Shown piece by piece: positions 16,794-17,024 of a stretch of 17,024 nucleotides of DNA (its first letter is position 1; the number at the start of each line of letters is the position of its first letter). The notes beneath the pieces are model-generated. The model ran no database searches. It worked only from the letters and a program-made list of their open reading frames with translations, and was not told the origin of the DNA. Source of the stretch: Chthoniobacterales bacterium (GTDB taxonomy: Bacteria > Verrucomicrobiota > Verrucomicrobiia > Chthoniobacterales > Chthoniobacteraceae); contig JBBQZX010000043.1 of assembly GCA_038207335.1 (NCBI GenBank), positions 1 to 17,024 of the forward strand. The letters run 5' to 3'. A program made the position numbers and the translations under genes.

Positions 16794-16990
16794 CCCGAGC
16801 CTGAGTCTCAGAGCGCGGAAGTCGTGAGAGGATTCGCCCTCGGGCATAGACACTCAACGGGTTTTTGCGGGCGCGAGGTGCTCATCGCGCGGCCGAGAAT
16901 CTAAAGGTTTTCAGCGGTCGATTTTGCTGCTTCGCCAACAGAGTAGCCACCACCCCGAATCGAGGGGATGATTTTCAGCGATTCTAAATC

Positions 16991-17024
16991 ATGCGAATCG
17001 CCATTTACCTGCGGGTCAGCACGG
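16991..17024 (+). CDS. Serine recombinase (resolvase/invertase/integrase family), N-terminal 11 codons only
   Basis: ATG CGA ATC GCC ATT TAC CTG CGG GTC AGC ACG = MRIAIYLRVST, the catalytic YxRVS motif. Runs off the window edge. Confidence 0.8.
   Translation, partial: MRIAIYLRVST

Noticed and set aside
1..17024. CRISPR array or rRNA
   Set aside because: No regularly spaced direct repeats or rRNA-like sequence seen.

Overview
GC-rich bacterial chromosomal window. Gene content and style suggest Verrucomicrobiota, which is an inference. Left (1-2990): a partial secreted-protein gene, then a decayed region at the 3' side of tRNA-Arg(ACG). It holds a VOC/glyoxalase gene cut short and fused in frame to a GpA-like phage terminase fragment, a miniature divergent SRAP-like gene and a truncated SAM methyltransferase. 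Middle (3216-12994): a tightly packed same-strand run preceded by NrdR-box-like sites. The order is nrdR, ATP-cone-like protein, HIT protein, FabF-like ketosynthase with catalytic Cys replaced by Ser, multi-TM/GAF sensor kinase, atypical REC-GAF-PAS kinase, FadL/OmpP1 channel, EthD protein, REC-kinase. The KS-to-kinase block is the best candidate for an undescribed lipid-signal sensing system. Right: CCA-adding enzyme, single-domain response regulator, REP-like inverted repeat and tRNA-Pro(CGG). After the tRNA an island begins, with a tyrosine-integrase scrap, an IS21 istB scrap, a secreted PD40/SH3 protein and the first codons of a serine recombinase. All family calls come from motif recognition by eye; no searches were run.
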